Notes under the pieces: generated by a model
Seen by the model: only the letters and a program-made list of their open reading frames with translations
What the model was told of the DNA's origin: nothing
Databases searched by the model: none
Part shown: positions 1 through 10,228 of the stretch, piece after piece
Numbering within the stretch: the first letter of the stretch is position 1
How the letters are laid out: every line of letters begins with the position of its first letter
Made by a program: the position numbers and the translations under genes
Source: Aeromicrobium sp.
Lineage (GTDB): Bacteria; Actinomycetota; Actinomycetes; Propionibacteriales; Nocardioidaceae
Reading direction: 5' to 3'
Length of the DNA stretch: 64,000 nt
NCBI RefSeq assembly: GCF_047607065.1
Contig: NZ_JASGDU010000054.1
Location: forward strand, 135-64,134

Positions 1-1554
1 GGCCAGCACCTCGTCGGACTTGCTCGCGTGGAAGGAGTCGCGCGCGCCGGCGTTGACCAGCGCCATTGTCAGGACGTTGCCGTTCAGGCTCGTGACGTGG
101 GCGTTCTGGCTCAGCAGGATCCACGTGAAACGGCGCAGCGACTGCACGGCGTCGAGGATGTGGGGCCACAGCCGGCGGACGTCGGCGACCCCCAGCTGCC
201 CCGCAGCCGGAGCCGGGGACGCCGGCTCCGGTTCGGGTTCTGGGGTCGGTGCGGGAGCGGGTTCCGGGGTCGGCTCGGGAGCGGGTTCCGGGGTCGGCTC
301 GGGCTGCGGTTGCGGGGTAGGTTCCGGCGCGGGCCGAGGGGCCTCCGGTGCCGGGGCTGGCTCGGGCGTCGGCGCGCTCCCCCCGCTCGCGTCGAGGCGC
401 CGTTCGATACGGTCCAGGCGCGCGGCGAAGCCGTCGGAATCGTGGTCGGCACCGGGCACGAGGATGCGCGCGCACAGGAGTTCCAGCAGGAGCCGGGGTG
501 CCGTCGCGCCGCGGAAATCCGTCAGGGCGGTGTCGACCAGATCCGCGTTGCGCACCAGCTCGGCCGGACCGAAGGACTGCGCCTGCGCAGTCAACTGGTC
601 GGCGCGGTCGGCGGGTATGTCGAGCAGCCCGACGGCGAAGGCGTTCGGGACCGCGCGCACGACGACGAGGTCGCGCAGCCGCTGCAGCAGGTCTTCGGCG
701 AAGCGGCGCGGGTCTTGCCCCGATTCGATCACCTTGTCGACGACGCCGAAGGCCGTGGCCCCGTCGCGCGCGGCGAAGGCGTCGACGGCCTCGTCGAGTA
801 GCGAATCGGGCGTGTAGCCGAGCAGGGCGACCGCGAGCGCGTAGGTCACTCCGTCGTCGCTCGCGCCGGCGATGAGCTGGTCGAGCACGCTGAGCGTGTC
901 GCGGACCGAACCGCCGCCGGCGCGTACGACGAGCGGCAGCGCGGCCGGGTCGAGCGTGACGCCTTCGCTCGCGCACAGTTGGTTGAGGTAGTCGCCGAGC
1001 GCCTTGGGCGGTACCAGCCGGAACGGGTAGTGGTGGGTGCGCGAACGGATCGTGCCGATGACCTTGTCCGGCTCGGTTGTGGCGAAGATGAACTTCAGGT
1101 GCGGCGGCGGCTCCTCGACCAGCTTGAGCAGCGCGTTGAAGCCCTGCGGGCTGACCATGTGCGCCTCGTCGATGATGTAGACCTTGTAGCGGCTGCTGAC
1201 CGGCGCGAAGAAGGCGCGTTCGCGCAGGTCACGGGCGTCGTCGACGCCGCCGTGGCTGGCCGCGTCGATCTCGATGACGTCGACGCTGCCGGGGCCGCCC
1301 CGGGCCAGGTCGCGGCAAGACTGGCACTGTCCGCACGGGTCGGCGACGGGGGCGGCTTCGCAGTTGAGCGCGCGGGCGAGGATGCGGGCGCTGGTGGTCT
1401 TGCCGCAGCCGCGCGGGCCGCTGAACAGGTAGGCGTGGTTGACGCGATTGTTCGCCAGAGCGTGCCGCAGCGGATCGGTGACGTGCTCCTGACCGATGAC
1501 CTCGGCGAAGGTCTCGGGTCGGTATCGGCGATACAGGGCGAGGGGCGCGTCCAC
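1..1554 (-). CDS. dnaX: DNA polymerase III subunit gamma/tau, N-terminal 518 codons; C-terminus lies beyond the left edge
   Basis: Absent from the ORF track because it has no stop inside the window. Own minus-strand translation from GTG at 1554 (in-frame TAG 4 codons upstream) gives VDAPLALYRRYRPETFAEVIGQEHV. It has Walker A GPRGCGKTT, zinc module CGQCQSC, Walker B YIIDEAHM and SRTHHY, then a Pro/Thr/Glu-rich linker. Confidence 0.9.
   Translation of the reverse strand, partial: MDAPLALYRRYRPETFAEVIGQEHVTDPLRHALANNRVNHAYLFSGPRGCGKTTSARILARALNCEAAPVADPCGQCQSCRDLARGGPGSVDVIEIDAASHGGVDDARDLRERAFFAPVSSRYKVYIIDEAHMVSPQGFNALLKLVEEPPPHLKFIFATTEPDKVIGTIRSRTHHYPFRLVPPKALGDYLNQLCASEGVTLDPAALPLVVRAGGGSVRDTLSVLDQLIAGASDDGVTYALAVALLGYTPDSLLDEAVDAFAARDGATAFGVVDKVIESGQDPRRFAEDLLQRLRDLVVVRAVPNAFAVGLLDIPADRADQLTAQAQSFGPAELVRNADLVDTALTDFRGATAPRLLLELLCARILVPGADHDSDGFAARLDRIERRLDASGGSAPTPEPAPAPEAPRPAPEPTPQPQPEPTPEPAPEPTPEPAPAPTPEPEPEPASPAPAAGQLGVADVRRLWPHILDAVQSLRRFTWILLSQNAHVTSLNGNVLTMALVNAGARDSFHASKSDEVLA
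253..300. repeat. perfect 2 x 24-bp tandem duplication inside the dnaX linker
   Basis: gggagcgggttccggggtcggctc occurs at 253-276 and again at 277-300. In frame on the minus strand it encodes EPTPEPAP twice. Confidence 0.85.
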
Positions 1555-1609
1555 GCCGCCAGCCTAACGACGCCCGCCGACACCCGCGACCGCTGCGCGG
1601 GGGCGGGCC

Positions 1610-2593
1610 TCAGCGCTCGAGGATGAAGTCGTGCAGCCAGCGGTCTGTGGCGGCGTAGGCCTGCGCGCGGACCGCCGGTGCCGACAGGTACACGTCGTGC
1701 AGCGCCCCCGGAATCGCCAGCGAGGTCACCGCATCGCCCAGGCACCCGGCCCACCGCGCGATCTGCTTCACGTCGAGCACCGCGTCGCTCACATCGGTGC
1801 GTGGCCGGTGGGTCCGCGAGAAGTAGGTGGCGTCCGAGCGCAGCACCAGCGACGGCACGCCCACGTCGATCCCGCGATGGAAGGCCGCATGACCGCGCCG
1901 GATCGCGTTGATCCAGCCGTAGGTGATCGGGAATCCGCCGATGGGTTTCCAGTCGAGGTTGTAGTCCCACTCCCCGTGCGCGCTGACGTGCAGGCTAGAG
2001 CCGTAGGCCGAACTCTTGGGCAGGTTGAGCGCGCGATACGGCTGCACCTGGGCGACCAGCCGGATGACCTGCGTGCCGACCGACCGCAGCCACGCCGCAC
2101 CCTGCAGGTCGAACCACGGGCTGTCGAGCAGCAGTCCCTCGATGCCCTCCTTGCGGGCGCGGCCGGGTACCGAGTTGAGCCGGCCGGCCCACAGTGCCAG
2201 CACCAGTCCGCCGGTGGAATGCCCGCCCAGCAGGATCGGCAGGTCGCCGCTCTCCTCGCGTACGAGGTCCAGCGCCCGGCCGATCTCGGCGTCGTAGAGG
2301 CCGAGATCGGAGACGTAATGCGGGGTCTGCCCCGGCCGCCGCGACCGGCCGCACTTGTGCAGGTCGAGCGCGTAGAAGGCGAAGCCGCGCTCGACCAGGA
2401 AGTCGGCAAGCTCGGTCTGGAAGAAATAGTCGGTGAAGCCGTGGACCCAGACGAAGGCGTGCGTCGCCTTCACCGGCTCCGTGGCGCGGACGAGGGTGGC
2501 CACGATGTCGCCCTCGCCGTCGGGGTCGGCACCCAACTCGATGGTCCGCTGTTCGTAGCCGGAACCCAGGACATCCTCGACCCACGCAGACAT
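1610..2593 (-). CDS. alpha/beta hydrolase (lysophospholipase / monoacylglycerol lipase-like)
   Basis: ORF 1610..2680 carries the nucleophile elbow GHSTGG and the VWVHGFTDY oxyanion region. I prefer the internal ATG at 2593 (MSAWVEDV) because the longer N-terminus would overlap the SRP RNA. Confidence 0.75.
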   Translation of the reverse strand: MSAWVEDVLGSGYEQRTIELGADPDGEGDIVATLVRATEPVKATHAFVWVHGFTDYFFQTELADFLVERGFAFYALDLHKCGRSRRPGQTPHYVSDLGLYDAEIGRALDLVREESGDLPILLGGHSTGGLVLALWAGRLNSVPGRARKEGIEGLLLDSPWFDLQGAAWLRSVGTQVIRLVAQVQPYRALNLPKSSAYGSSLHVSAHGEWDYNLDWKPIGGFPITYGWINAIRRGHAAFHRGIDVGVPSLVLRSDATYFSRTHRPRTDVSDAVLDVKQIARWAGCLGDAVTSLAIPGALHDVYLSAPAVRAQAYAATDRWLHDFILER

Positions 2594-2649
2594 GCCGCGA
2601 GCATAGCCGCGCTCGGAGACCGCGATGGGATTTGACGGACCGGCGGGAT

Positions 2650-2745
2650 GCGAGGACCCCCCGCGTACCCGACAGAGCACACTGACCCTTGCTGCCTTCC
2701 GGCCCTGGGGGAGTTGGGTGAGATGTCGCCACGCGAGGGGCTGCG
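2650..2745 (-). ncRNA. ffs: signal recognition particle RNA (small bacterial 4.5S type); ends approximate
   Basis: The minus strand reads CCCCCAGGGCCGGAAGGCAGCAAGGGUCAG. This fits the conserved domain IV pattern CAGG-NCC-GGAA-GGN-AGCA (GGAA tetraloop at 2697-2700). A closing helix pairs CCCCUCGCG (2740-2732) with CGCGGGGGG (2665-2657), 9 bp including one G-U. Its position near dnaX and a tRNA-Ser fits the usual actinobacterial ffs neighbourhood. Confidence 0.7.
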
Positions 2746-2806
2746 CACACTGTACCGACCGGGACTGGCTCGCTCCAAGTCGAGGTGGCCCGGTAAGGTC
2801 TCTCGC

Positions 2807-2891
2807 GGAGGATTCGCATAGTGGCCTAGTGCGCTCGCTTGGAAAGCGGGTTGAGTGAAAGCTCTCAGGGGTTCGAATCCCCTATCCTCCG
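2807..2891 (+). tRNA. tRNA-Ser (anticodon GGA)
   Basis: Hand-folded cloverleaf. Acceptor GGAGGAT/ATCCTCC plus discriminator G. D arm GCAT-AGTGGCCTA-GTGC. Anticodon arm CTCGC-TTGGAAA-GCGGG. 16-nt variable arm. T arm AGGGG-TTCGAAT-CCCCT. CCA is not encoded. Confidence 0.95.
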
Positions 2892-2893
2892 CA

Positions 2894-2946
2894 GATGACT
2901 CTGGCCCCCGCAGCGCTCTTTGCTGCGGGGGCCAGAGTCATCTTTG
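2894..2946 (+). terminator. intrinsic terminator after tRNA-Ser
   Basis: Perfect 21-bp stem: GATGACTCTGGCCCCCGCAGC (2894-2914) pairs with GCTGCGGGGGCCAGAGTCATC (2922-2942). The loop is 7 nt and TTT follows. Confidence 0.8.
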
Positions 2947-2983
2947 AGCTAGTGATTCGAGGAGGAGGGAACTTGCGACCGAC

Positions 2984-3003
2984 GGAGTCCCCTATCCTCC
3001 GCA
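2984..3003 (+). repeat. direct copy of the tRNA-Ser 3' end (att-like)
   Basis: tcccctatcctccgcag (17 nt) is identical to the 3' end of the tRNA at 2877-2893. Confidence 0.7.
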
Positions 3004-3041
3004 GGTGGAAGTCCTGATCTATTCGGGTTGTGTGCTGTTGC

Positions 3042-3150
3042 CCGGTCCCTGAGGTGCGAGGCCGCTCGCGGCCGAGCCTCGAAGGGACTCAAACTGCAAC
3101 TCATTTCGCCCTTCGAGGCCGCTCCTTCGTCGCGGCACCTCAGGGGCCGG
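3042..3150. repeat. palindromic repeat family, inverted unit pair (cluster A)
   Basis: ccggtccctgaggtgcgag-gccgctcgcggcc-gagcctcgaagggac, then the inverted copy tcatttcgcccttcgaggccgctccttcgtcgcggcacctcaggggccgg. Confidence 0.85.
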
Positions 3151-3165
3151 ATTCTGCCGACCTGC

Positions 3166-3186
3166 GGAGTCCCCTATGGTCCGCAG
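3166..3186 (+). repeat. second, diverged direct copy of the tRNA-Ser 3' end
   Basis: ggagtcccctatggtccgcag versus ggagtcccctatcctccgcag at 2984-3004, 2 mismatches. The two copies bracket repeat cluster A. Confidence 0.6.
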
Positions 3187-3238
3187 ACCGAGAAGGGCAC
3201 CGAATCCCGTGGATCCGGTGCCCTTCAGGTGAGGAGGC

Positions 3239-4330
3239 TCAGCGCTCTTCTTCGCCGCGGATGAAGGCTTCGAGCTTGGCGCGACCGAGGTCGTCGGGGC
3301 GCTGCTCCGGCGGGGACTTCATCAGGTAGGACGAGGCGCTCAGCAGCGCGCCGCCGATGCCGCGGTCCTTGGCGATCTTCGCCGCACGGATCGCGTCGAT
3401 GATGATGCCGGCCGAGTTCGGCGAGTCCCAGACCTCGAGCTTGTACTCCAGGTTCAGGGGCACGTCGCCGAACGCGCGGCCCTCGAGGCGCACGTACGCC
3501 CACTTGCGGTCGTCGAGCCAGGCGACGTAGTCCGACGGGCCGATGTGAACATCCTTGTCGTGGACCTTGCCGGCCAGCGGGCCGGTGAGGTTCGACGTGA
3601 CGGCCTGCGTCTTGGAGACCTTCTTGGACTCCAGGCGCTCGCGCTCGAGCATGTTCTTGAAGTCCATGTTGCCGCCGACGTTGAGCTGGTAGGTGCGATC
3701 CAGCACCACGCCGCGGTCCTCGAACAGCTTGGCCATGACGCGGTGCGTGATGGTCGCGCCGACCTGGCTCTTGATGTCGTCGCCGATGATCGGCACGCCG
3801 GCTGCCTCGAACTTCGCCGCCCACTCCGGGTCCGACGCGATGAACACGGGCAGCGCGTTGACGAAGGCGACGCCTGCGTCGACGGCGCACTGCGCGTAGA
3901 ACTTGTCGGCGTCCTCCGAACCCACCGGCAGGTAGGACACGAGCACGTCGGCCTGGGTGTCCTTGAGTACCTGCACGACGTCGACGGGAGCGGCGTCGGA
4001 CTCCTCGATGGTCTCCAGGTAGTACTTGCCGAGGCCGTCGAGGGTGTGACCGCGCTGCACGGTCACACCGGTCGGCGGGACGTCGGTGATCTTGATGGTG
4101 TTGTTCTCGCTGCTGCGGATCGCATCGGCCAGGTCGAAGCCGACCTTCTTGGCATCGACGTCGAACGCCGCGACGAACTCCACGTCACTGACGTGATACT
4201 CGCCGAACTGGACGTGCATCAGGCCCGGCACGGTGCCGGCCGGGTCGGCGTTCTTGTAGTACTCGACGCCTTCGATGAGGGACGTGGCGCAGTTGCCCAC
4301 GCCCACAATTGCCACGCGTACCGAACCCAT
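3239..4330 (-). CDS. ino1: myo-inositol-1-phosphate synthase
   Basis: ORF 3239..4366. [25 protein letters not shown] and later NVGGNMDF and [13 protein letters not shown] are typical of actinobacterial Ino1. The ATG at 4330 is preceded by AAGGAG. Confidence 0.95.
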   Translation of the reverse strand: MGSVRVAIVGVGNCATSLIEGVEYYKNADPAGTVPGLMHVQFGEYHVSDVEFVAAFDVDAKKVGFDLADAIRSSENNTIKITDVPPTGVTVQRGHTLDGLGKYYLETIEESDAAPVDVVQVLKDTQADVLVSYLPVGSEDADKFYAQCAVDAGVAFVNALPVFIASDPEWAAKFEAAGVPIIGDDIKSQVGATITHRVMAKLFEDRGVVLDRTYQLNVGGNMDFKNMLERERLESKKVSKTQAVTSNLTGPLAGKVHDKDVHIGPSDYVAWLDDRKWAYVRLEGRAFGDVPLNLEYKLEVWDSPNSAGIIIDAIRAAKIAKDRGIGGALLSASSYLMKSPPEQRPDDLGRAKLEAFIRGEEER

Positions 4331-4362
4331 GGGTTCTCCTTTTGTAGTGCTCGTTCTCGGGG

Positions 4363-4962
4363 TCATGCTGATTGGCTGGTCGTATCGGAACCGTCGACGT
4401 CGTCGTCGACGGTCGTATACCCACCTGCACGCTCGCGGTCGATGAGCTCGGTCAACCAGGCGACCTCGCGCTCGACCGACTCCAGCCCGTGTCGCTGGAG
4501 TTCGCGCGTGTAGGAGTCCGCCCCACGCCGACCCCGAAGGGAAGCGTCGCGGACGTGCTCGAGTCGCTCCTGGAGCCGGCTGCGCCGGCCTTCGAGAATG
4601 CGGACCCGCGTCGGAGCGTCGGTCCGCGCGAAGAACGCGAATCGCACACCGAAGTTCTCGTCATCCCATGTCGCCGGGCCGGATTCCTCCATGACCTGCG
4701 CGAAGTACTCCTTGCCCTCGGCCGTCAGGCGGTAGGCGATCCGGTTGCGGCGGCCGCGGATGGCGGCACCGGGGTCGTCGTCGGCGACGATCAGCCCTTG
4801 GCGCACGAGGCTCTTCAGGCAGGGGTACAGCGTGCCGTAGGACAGCACCCGGCCCCAGCCGAGCAGCGCGATCAACTGCTTGCGCAACTCGTACCCGTGC
4901 ATGGGCGAGTCGTGCAGCAGTCCGAGGGTCGCGAGCTCCAGAGCCGCACCGCGCCGTGCCAT
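4363..4962 (-). CDS. PadR family transcriptional regulator
   Basis: The N-terminus [23 protein letters not shown]...[17 protein letters not shown] is a PadR winged helix. It sits upstream of ino1, as does the PadR-like gene next to ino1 in mycobacteria. Confidence 0.85.
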   Translation of the reverse strand: MARRGAALELATLGLLHDSPMHGYELRKQLIALLGWGRVLSYGTLYPCLKSLVRQGLIVADDDPGAAIRGRRNRIAYRLTAEGKEYFAQVMEESGPATWDDENFGVRFAFFARTDAPTRVRILEGRRSRLQERLEHVRDASLRGRRGADSYTRELQRHGLESVEREVAWLTELIDRERAGGYTTVDDDVDGSDTTSQSA

Positions 4963-4981
4963 CGAAGAAAAACCTCAACCA

Positions 4982-5002
4982 GATATCAGGAGAATGGATA
5001 TA
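4982..5002. promoter_or_regulatory. candidate operator in the AT-rich padR/ponA1 divergent region
   Basis: GATATC-aggagaatg-GATATA lies in an unusually AT-rich stretch (4963-5050). No experimental or comparative support. Confidence 0.25.
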
Positions 5003-5161
5003 TCGGAACGATACATCGGTTCGTTGTCTCGAAACAAGTCTGGGTGCCACAACAACCCGATAGGTTTGGTGCCTGCATCACGAACAGGCACACTTGAGCA
5101 GATTGTCCGCGACCGGCCGGGTCCCTCTCGTCGGCCGAGATCACCAGAGGAGGTGCCCGCG

Positions 5162-7555
5162 ATGGCGCGCAACGGCACCAGGAGCGCATCCACGCGAAAG
5201 GCCGCCATTCGTGACGGCATCTTCAAGTTCGTTCGAGCCATCGGCGGTGAAGGTCGGCCCCGGTGGGTTCAGGTTCTGCGATGGATCGCCTTCCTGACCG
5301 TGACCGGATTCGTGAGCGGTGCGCTGGCGTTCTTCGTCCTGTACCAGATGATCGACATCCCCGACCCCAACGAGGAGTTCCAGACCCAGACCACGAAGGT
5401 CTACTTCTCCGACGGGACCACGCTCCTGGGCGAGTTCTCCGAGCAGCGCCGCGAGAACGTCACTCTCGATCAGGTGCCCGCCTCGATGCAGGCCGCCGTG
5501 ATCTCGGCCGAAGACCGGTCGTTCTACTCCAACCGCGGCATCGACTTCAAGGGCATCCTGCGCGCCCTGCGTGACAACACGGCCAGCGGCGAGATCAGTT
5601 CCGGTGGCTCGACGATCACCCAGCAGTACGTCAAGATCCTCTACCTGACCCAGGAGCGGACCTACACCCGCAAGTTCAAAGAAGCGATTCTGTCGCTCAA
5701 GATCGACAATCAGCTCAGCAAGTCCGAAATCCTCGAGGGCTACCTCAACACCGTCTACTACGGCAATGGTGCCTACGGCGTTCAGGTGGCGGCCAAGACC
5801 TACTTCGGCAAGGAGGCGGCCGATCTGACGGTGCCGGAGTCGGCCTATCTGGCGACGGTCATCAACAGCCCGTCCTTCTACGACCCCTATACCGCGAGTT
5901 GCCTGGCCGACGCCGCGAGCGCCGAGTGCCAGGCCGAGACCGCCGAGCGCGACGAGCGCATCCTGCCGCGCTACAACTACGTGATCGACGGCATGGAGAA
6001 GTCCGGGGCGATCACCGCCGAGGAGGCCACGCAGTACCGCGATACCCTCCCGGCCTTCTCGCCGCGCGTCGTCAGCAACCGCTACGCCGGCCCGAATGGC
6101 CACCTGCTGAAGATGGTCGAAGACGATATGGCCAAGAACGACTTCAGCGAGGCCCAAGTTCAGGGCGGCGGCCTGCGCATCACCACGACTATCGACGCCA
6201 CCTTGCAACAAGAGGCCATCGACGCGGTCAACGACGTCAGCCCGCAGGGCCTCGACGGCCTCCATCAGGCGCTGGCGTCGGTCGAACCGGGCACCGGTGC
6301 GGTCAAAGCGCTCTACGGCGGACCGGACTTCCTGACCAGCCAGATCAACTGGGCCACGGCTGGCACCCAGCCGGGATCGACCTTCAAAGCGTTCGCCGTG
6401 GTCGCGGCCTTGGAAGACGGGTTCAGCCTCAAGACCAAACTCAACGGCAATACGCCCTATCGGATCGGCGGCGGCGCGGTGAAGAACGCCGGAGACAGTG
6501 GCGGCTCTTCCTACGGCACGATCGACCTCGCCAAGGCGACGGCTAAATCGGTCAACACCGCGTTCATCGACTTGACGGTGCAGATGAGTGACGGCGGCGA
6601 TGTGAGTGTCGGTGCTCAGAAGATCCTCGATGCCGCCGTCGACCTGGGCATCCCCCAGGAGACGGTCGACCAGATCGACCCGGTAGCGGTGACCCCGCTC
6701 GGCTACGCGCCGGTGGCACCGATCGATATGGCCAACGCCTACGCGACGCTCGCGGCCGGTGGCAACCGCGCGGACTGGCACGTCGTGCAGAAGGTCGCCA
6801 GTGCGGAGGGATCGGTGTTGTACGAGCACTCCGACACCACCGACCAGGCCGTTCCGACCGATGTCGCGGCCGACACCTTGTCCGCACTGCAGGGGGTCAC
6901 CAGTTCCGGCGGCACGGGAACGGCAGGTAAGACGGTGTGCCCGACAGCCGGCAAGACTGGTACTGCCACCGCATCGGACGCCTCCGGTGATGTGCGCACG
7001 TCGGCGGTGTGGTTCGTCGGTGCGACGCCCAAACTGGTGACCGCAGTGATGTATAACCGCGGCGTCGGCAATGAACAACTCGACGGCTTCCTCAAGCCTG
7101 CCTACGGCGGTGCCTACCCGGCCCGCACGTTCAAGGCGTTCATGGACAAGGCGCTCGACGCGGACGACTGCGGCAGTTTCCCGGATGCCGCCAACATCTC
7201 CGGCGACAAGGGCGAGACCGTCTCGACTCCCGCCCCGTCGTGCGGCCCCACGCAGCAGTTCAACGCCGATCACACCGGCTGCGAAGAGCGAACCGTGCCG
7301 ACGTGCTCGAGCGACGAGAAACTCGACTCGTCCGGCTATGCCTGCGTGCCGAGGACGTGTGCCGACGACGGTAAGACCGGCACCTACCCGAACTGCACAG
7401 CGACAGCGACACCCACACCGACAGCCACGACAACCTCGACGGCGTACGGGTCGGTGCATCCGTCGAATCCGTCTTCAGCAGCCGCCTGTGCGGCCTACGC
7501 CTCCGAGGGCTACACCTGGTGGGGCAGTCCGGCGAGATGTCGTTATTCCGGGTAG
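5162..7555 (+). CDS. ponA1: class A penicillin-binding protein (transglycosylase + transpeptidase) with a Cys-rich C-terminal tail
   Basis: ORF 4880..7555. I prefer the ATG at 5162 (GGAGG 8 nt upstream): MARNG..., then a TM segment. GT51 motifs are AVISAEDRSFYSNRGID and GGSTITQQYVK. Transpeptidase motifs are STFK and KTGT. Confidence 0.9.
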   Translation: MARNGTRSASTRKAAIRDGIFKFVRAIGGEGRPRWVQVLRWIAFLTVTGFVSGALAFFVLYQMIDIPDPNEEFQTQTTKVYFSDGTTLLGEFSEQRRENVTLDQVPASMQAAVISAEDRSFYSNRGIDFKGILRALRDNTASGEISSGGSTITQQYVKILYLTQERTYTRKFKEAILSLKIDNQLSKSEILEGYLNTVYYGNGAYGVQVAAKTYFGKEAADLTVPESAYLATVINSPSFYDPYTASCLADAASAECQAETAERDERILPRYNYVIDGMEKSGAITAEEATQYRDTLPAFSPRVVSNRYAGPNGHLLKMVEDDMAKNDFSEAQVQGGGLRITTTIDATLQQEAIDAVNDVSPQGLDGLHQALASVEPGTGAVKALYGGPDFLTSQINWATAGTQPGSTFKAFAVVAALEDGFSLKTKLNGNTPYRIGGGAVKNAGDSGGSSYGTIDLAKATAKSVNTAFIDLTVQMSDGGDVSVGAQKILDAAVDLGIPQETVDQIDPVAVTPLGYAPVAPIDMANAYATLAAGGNRADWHVVQKVASAEGSVLYEHSDTTDQAVPTDVAADTLSALQGVTSSGGTGTAGKTVCPTAGKTGTATASDASGDVRTSAVWFVGATPKLVTAVMYNRGVGNEQLDGFLKPAYGGAYPARTFKAFMDKALDADDCGSFPDAANISGDKGETVSTPAPSCGPTQQFNADHTGCEERTVPTCSSDEKLDSSGYACVPRTCADDGKTGTYPNCTATATPTPTATTTSTAYGSVHPSNPSSAAACAAYASEGYTWWGSPARCRYSG

Positions 7556-7697
7556 CGCGCTCGCGGGCCGACCAGCGCAGACGCTTCGTACGCCGTGTGC
7601 CTCCGCGCTATAGCGCAAAGCCTCGTCCGAGGACGAAACATGGCTGACACGAAGGAGTCCTAGGGTGACCACGTGAACGAGCGAAGCGAGCGAAACG

Positions 7698-9301
<1,604 letters not shown>

Positions 9302-9302
<1 letters not shown>

Positions 9303-10228
9303 TGTTGAGCCGGATCGCCGAATCGCTGTTCTGGATCGGCCGCTATCTAGAGCGCGCCGACGACACCGCCCGCATCCTCGATGTCGAGTTGCAGGTGCTG
9401 GTGGAGGATCCCTCCGTCGACGAGGACCGCTCGTGCCGCCAGATCCTCACCATCATGGGCGTCGAGGACCTCCCCTCGACGGTCGACCGCTGGAGCGTGC
9501 TCGACCTGTTGGCGCACAATCCGGAGTCGGCCGGCTCCATCGCCTATGCCATCGACGCGGCGCGCGAGAACGCGCGGGGTGCCCGCGAGACACTCTCGAC
9601 CGACATGTGGGCGGCGATCAACACGATGTGGCGCGGCCAGCCCGCATCGCGTTCGATGCGACCGATCGACATGTTCGGCTGGGTGCGCGGCCGCACGGCG
9701 ATGATCGCCGGCATCGCCGATGCCACCATGACCCGCGACGAAGGCTGGCAGTTCTTCATCCTGGGGCGCAGTATCGAGCGGGTCGACATGACCGCGCGAC
9801 TCCTGTCGGCGGCCTCCCTCGCCTCCGAGGCACACCTGGCCTGGCCCACGACGCTGCGCGCGTGCGGGGCGTACGAGGCCTTCATCCGCGCCTACCGCGG
9901 AGTGGAGGCCGACCGGCTCGCGGCGGAGTTCCTGCTGCTGGATCGCTGGTATCCGCGTTCGGTCGTCTCGGCGCTGGTCGAGGCCGAACGGGCGCTGTCG
10001 ACGCTGGAGGCCGAGGGACGCCGTTCGGGCTTCACCGACGAGGCGCTGCGGTTGCTCGGGCGAGCGCGCACCGAGTTGGAGTACCGGCCGCTGAGCGAGA
10101 TCATGTTCGACCTGCCGACGGAGATGGAGGGCCTCCAGCGTCGGTGCGCGGAGGCCAGCGACGCGGTCACGGCGCGCTACTTCTCCCACGGTGAGGCCCA
10201 CGTCTGGAGTGAGGGGGCGCTGCTGTGA
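9302..10228 (+). CDS. alpha-E domain protein (DUF403)
   Basis: MLSRIAESLFWIGRYLERADDTARILDV is the characteristic alpha-E N-terminus. The gene is translationally coupled on both sides. Confidence 0.85.

Noticed and set aside
1-1554. Programmed -1 frameshift site in dnaX (gamma versus tau, as in E. coli)
   Set aside because: I saw no A-rich slippery heptamer (A AAA AAG type) in the 1.55 kb of dnaX present here. The relevant region may also lie beyond the window edge.
2984-3186. Extra tRNA or pseudo-tRNA genes at the two tRNA-Ser 3'-end copies
   Set aside because: Only the last ~17-20 nt (half of the T arm plus the acceptor 3' strand) is present. No D arm, anticodon arm or 5' acceptor strand can be formed.
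3028-3329. Short ORFs translated from the repeat elements (3028..3264, 3030..3329, most of 19863..20108, 33162..33383, 63481..63891), giving recurring peptides such as SLRCEA, ASKG and FEARKLAPQ
   Set aside because: The apparent protein similarity just reflects the nucleotide repeat read in different frames and orientations. The ORFs lack consistent starts and span inverted copies. Only the last 33 nt of 19863..20108 is kept, as the trp leader.
4880-5161. N-terminal extensions in the ORF track (4880 for ponA1, 17667 for the phosphoesterase, 50112 and 50100..51629 around yqeY, 51565 for nhaP, 32025 for the SDR, 57537..58916 for the ADH, 60143..61468)
   Set aside because: The extensions overlap neighbouring genes, tRNAs or promoters, and they encode Arg/Pro-rich junk. 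Internal starts with Shine-Dalgarno sequences or stop/start overlaps give N-termini typical of each family.
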